Shown here: positions 59,857 through 64,000 of the stretch, one piece after another
Layout: each line of letters opens with the position of its first letter
Numbering within the stretch: position 1 is the stretch's first letter
Notes under the pieces: model-generated
Told to the model about the DNA's origin: nothing
What the model saw: only the letters and a program-made list of their open reading frames with translations
Databases searched by the model: none
Assembly (NCBI GenBank): GCA_964016885.1
Contig: OZ024740.1
Location: 424,328,001-424,392,000, forward strand
Length of the DNA stretch: 64,000 nucleotides
Origin: Eledone cirrhosa
Lineage: Eukaryota
Reading direction: 5' to 3'
Position numbers and translations under genes: made by a program

Positions 59857-59863
<7 letters not shown>
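59061..59863. mobile_element. Element with ~190-bp inverted repeats plus a 40-bp direct repeat
   Basis: IR 59061-59249/59562-59754; direct repeat 59276-59315/59824-59863; TA tracts on both sides. Confidence 0.75.
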
Positions 59864-59897
<34 letters not shown>

Positions 59898-60289
59898 ACG
59901 TTTATCCCCACACTGTGTGCCTACTAAATTTCATTCAGCAAGTCTATGATAGAAACCATTCACCTATCTTACCACACAGTTTGACTGTATGTGAAACCAC
60001 AGGCTTGCCAAGTGAACTCATTAACATTACACCAATCAATGCCTGCCTCTATATCTCTAGTTTTTTCCTCACTTTTCACTATTATCATACCGTCATAATC
60101 CCAGTACACTTTATATTTTGCTGTCAAACTATAAACACATACATTTCTCACTTTCACAGTTTCCAAGTAATCTATGATTCGTCTTCTTTTATATTTTTCA
60201 AGTCTTTATACTCCTGTGTTCCTTCGCTGTCTCTGTCTGTTGAAGCTTGTGTAATGTATGGATAGGTGAGGGCTGGAGAGAGAGTAAAG

Positions 60290-60334
<45 letters not shown>

Positions 60335-60397
60335 GAGAGAGTCGGAATAAAATATGTGAAATGTGAGGTAGAGAAAGAGTGATATATATATATATAT

Positions 60398-60464
<67 letters not shown>

Positions 60465-60682
60465 AGGACAGATTAAAACGTGTATAATGTGAGTGAGTGA
60501 GTGATAGAGGGTGTGAATGAGTGATAAAGTAATATTTGAGAGGGGGTGTGGGGTAAGTATTAATATTTTGAAGTCTGAAAGAGGGAAAATATGTGTTGTT
60601 TGAATTATATTTTTGTTCAGATTTTGTGAAATGTTTCATAAATTTTACAACCCGAACTCTCCTTCTCACTCTTCTCTAGTTT

Positions 60683-61310
60683 TGTACTCTTACGTTAACG
60701 TTATGTATCTTACGTTAACGTTATGTACTCTTACGTTAACCTTATGTACTCTTACGTTAACGTTATGTATCTTACGTTAACGTTATGTACTCTTACGTTA
60801 ACCTTATGTACTCTTACGTTAACGTTATGCATCTTACTTTAACGTTATGTATCTTACTTTAACGTTATGTATCTTACTATAACGTTATGTATCTTTAACG
60901 TTATATATCTTACTTTAACGTTATGTATCTTACTTTAACGTTGTGTAGCTTTAACGTTATATACTCTTACGTTAACGTTATGTATCTTACTTTAACGTTA
61001 TGTATCTTACTTTAACGTATGTATCTTACTTTAACGTTATGTATCTGACGTTAACGTTATGTATCTTACTTTAACGATATGTATCTTTAACGTTATTTAT
61101 CTTACGTTAACCTTATGTATCTTACTTTAACGTTATGTATCTTACTTTATCGTTATGTACTCTTACGTTAACGTTATGTACTCTTACGTTAACGTTATGT
61201 ATCTTACTTTAACGTTGTGTATCTTACGTTAATGTTATGTACTCTTATGTTAACGTTATGTACTCTTACTTTAACGGTGTGTATCTTATGTTAACGCTAT
61301 GTACTCTTGT
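60683..61310. repeat. Minisatellite of 20-21-bp units with palindromic core
   Basis: tgta(c)tcttacgttaacgtta, roughly 30 units. Confidence 0.92.
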
Positions 61311-61324
61311 GTTCTCACTATTAC

Positions 61325-61990
61325 ATGTCGTCAATTCCATTACACATGTCAATTGAAGTCTCCCAATAGGATATATAACTCAGTTTTAAACTATATCTAA
61401 CGCTGCAGTGACTTCATCAAAGAAATATCTTGCATAAACTTGCACCACCCACAGAGACCTATCTTTCAGTCTAAGCTTCATGAGGCAAATCATCTTTCCT
61501 AATGGAATCCAGTCCATAACACATTCTGATAACCCCGGGGCTTGTCAGTATCTCCACTCTCACCTGTGCAGTCATTTCTGGCACCACACCTGTATAGTGG
61601 CGTTTCCATCCTCCATCCAAATCTACAGCATCAAAATCACAGAAGTTTGTTGAGGAAACCCCGGCTATATCTAATCGGTAGCATCTAGCTTCCCCCACTA
61701 GTTCCTGCTCCTTAACTGTTAGGTTGTGATATTCCAGATTCCAATTTTAAAGGCTTTCTCCATTCTGAACTCTATTTGGGGTCTCGGGATACACAATCTT
61801 TGTGCGTCCATCCCCGAACAAAATCACTGGATAACATCCATGAGCCCGGCTGGTCTCGCGTAGGGACCAATTGGAGACGGTTGCTTCTGACAGGACCTGA
61901 TGGAAGTAGTATTTGAAAACTCTGTCCCCACCACCCTCTCTGAAGACCCTGCTCCCATGATTCGCTCAGGAATGCGTGGGCGAATAATAC
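61325..61990 (-). mobile_element. Degenerate 5' part of an RTE-clade (Rex3/Expander-like) LINE: AP endonuclease
   Basis: IGIWNI..KEQELVGEARCYRLDIAGVSST..LDGGWK..LKDRSLWVVQVYA..LLGDFN across frameshifts. Confidence 0.78.
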
Positions 61991-62004
61991 TGGTTTCTTA
62001 TATA

Positions 62005-62738
62005 GACACAAGGCCAGCAATTTTAGGAGAGAAGAAAGTCGCTTAAATCGACCCCAGTGCGTGACTGGTACTTTAATTTATCGACCCTGTAAGAATGAAA
62101 GGCAAAGTTAACCTCAGCGGGATTTGAACTCAGACCGTAAAGGGCCGTAACTCTATGCTGCAGAGCAAGACGTTTGACGCTCTTCCGATACTGCCAATCC
62201 ACCAGCCCGCATTATTTAATTATAATAATTGTTTCTACTTTTGGCACAAGGCCAGCAATTATCCAGTGTAATACTGGTACTTTATTTTATCGACCCCGTA
62301 AGGATGAAAGGCAAAGTTAACCTCGGCGGGATTTGAACTCAGTCCGTAAAGGGACGTAACTGTGCTGCAAAGCATGGCGTCCGACCCTCTACCGCTACTG
62401 CCAAAACTACTATAGACAGAAAGCCAACAATCTTTTGGGGTAGGTGAAAGTCGGTTAAATCGACCCCAGTGCGTGACTGGTACTTTATTTTATCAACCTC
62501 ATAAGAATGAAAGGGAAAGTTAACCTCGACGGGATTTAATTATAATAATTATTTCTACTTTTGGCACAAGGCCAGCAATTATCCAGTACATTACTGGTAC
62601 TTTTACATTACTGGTACTTTATTTTATCGACCCCGTAAGGATGAAAGGAAAGTTAACCTCGGCGGGATTTGAACTCAGAATGGCAAGGGCCGTAACTCTA
62701 TGCATCAAAGCAAGATGTCCGACGCTCTACCGATACTA
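62005..62738 (-). mobile_element. Head-to-tail cluster of four tRNA-derived SINE copies
   Basis: Core ctggtactttattttatcgaccc..gaaaggcaaagttaacctc.gcgggattt recurs near 62070, 62275, 62478, 62610. Confidence 0.88.
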
Positions 62739-63029
62739 ATAATAAGAATTCCATTGCACTGTTTTTGTCTATCAAACTCTGACTAGTTCAATCCTGTTTA
62801 CCTTGAAACATCAATTTGACTTTTTGATGGTTTTATTCCTAAAAATGTAATTACAAATACAAACAAAATACATGGAGTTCAAGGAGAGTTCTTGAAATAT
62901 TTTCTTCACACATATTTAGCAAAATATTTTGGTCAGTGATCAAATTATGATACATGTACTTAACACCCACACACACACACATGAAAACATTACCACATAT
63001 ACATATACACATGAATCTATTGAGACATG

Positions 63030-63361
63030 CATTAAAACACAAGAAAACATTAACACATACACATACACAGGCACAAGAAAACATTAACACATACACACAC
63101 ACAGGAAAACATTAACACATACACATTAACACACACAAGAAAGCAGTAAGACATACATACACACACACACACACACACAAGAAAACTTAACACATACACA
63201 CACATACACACACACACACAGAGGAAAACTTAACACATACACACACAGGAAAACTTAACACATACACACACACAAGAAAAGGTAACACATACACATACAC
63301 ATTAACACATACACACAAGAAACATAACACACACACACACATACACACAAGAAAACATAAC
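63030..63361. repeat. CA-rich minisatellite (cacaagaaaacattaacacata-like)
   Basis: About ten imperfect units. Confidence 0.75.
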
Positions 63362-63418
63362 TCCTACGACGGAGTTATAGAAATAATTAAATATTTATAG
63401 CTATAGAAGTTTATAGAA

Positions 63419-64000
63419 GTGGTGGTGGTGGTGGTGGTGTTGATGGTGGTGGTGGTGGTGATGGTGTGGTGGTGGTGATGTTGGTGGTGGTGGTGGTGTT
63501 GATGATGGTGGTGGTGGGGGTGTTGATGGTGGTGGGGGTGTTGATGGTGGTGGGGGTGTTGATGGTGGTGGTGGTGTTGATGGTGTGGTGGTGGTGATGT
63601 TGGTGGTGGTGGTGTTGATGATGGTGGTGGTGGGGGTGTTGATGGTGGTGGGGGTGGGGGTGTTGATGGTGGTGGTGGTGTTGATGGTGTGGTGGTGGTG
63701 ATGTTGGTGGTGGTGGTGGTGTTGATGGTGGTGGTGGTGTTGATGGTGTGGTGGTGGTGGTGTTGATGATGGTGGTGGTGGGGGTGTTGATGATGGTGGT
63801 GGTGGGGGTGTTGATGGTGGTGGGGGTGGGGGTGTTGATGGTGGTGGTGGTGTTGATGGTGTGGTGGTGGTGATGTTGGTGGTGGTGGGTGGTGGGGGTG
63901 TTGATGGTGGTGGTGGTGTTGATGGTGGTGGGGGTGTTGATGGTGGTGGTGGTGGGGGTGTTGATGGTGGTGGGGGTGTTGATGGTGGTGGTGGTGGGGG
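63419..64000. repeat. (GGT)n/GGTGTTGAT low-complexity repeat, runs off the window
   Basis: Direct. Confidence 0.95.

Noticed and set aside
60683-61310. CRISPR-like array
   Set aside because: Contiguous tandem units with no unique spacers, no cas genes, eukaryotic context
63419-64000. Gly/Val-rich or His/Pro/Thr-rich coding repeat, or telomere-like array
   Set aside because: Degenerate (GGT)n without splice or start context; not TTAGGG

Overview
Eukaryotic, very AT-rich, repeat-dominated window. The SINE/LINE families resemble those of octopod cephalopods (inference). Almost all ORFs in the supplied track are translations of (TA)n/(TACA)n microsatellite and are not genes. The only host coding sequence I can support is a 74-nt minus-strand internal exon of a PBX/extradenticle gene (13578-13651), so much of the window is probably PBX intron. 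The rest is multi-kb TA-type microsatellite plus retroelements, many inserted into it: a 5'-truncated RTE-type LINE with an intact RT ORF and an embedded PHD finger, a near-intact CR1-group LINE, an R4/Dong-like C-terminal fragment, many degenerate LINEs, tRNA-derived SINEs, and a five-copy non-coding element with one fixed end. The most notable hidden signal is a set of short non-coding inserts from several unrelated families carrying type I hammerhead ribozyme motifs. Four are intact (20928, 28518, 52748, and 56919 on the minus strand) and several are degenerate or truncated. They occur alongside fold-back palindromes, one centred on a hammerhead stem II. A 200-N scaffold gap lies at 51043-51242.
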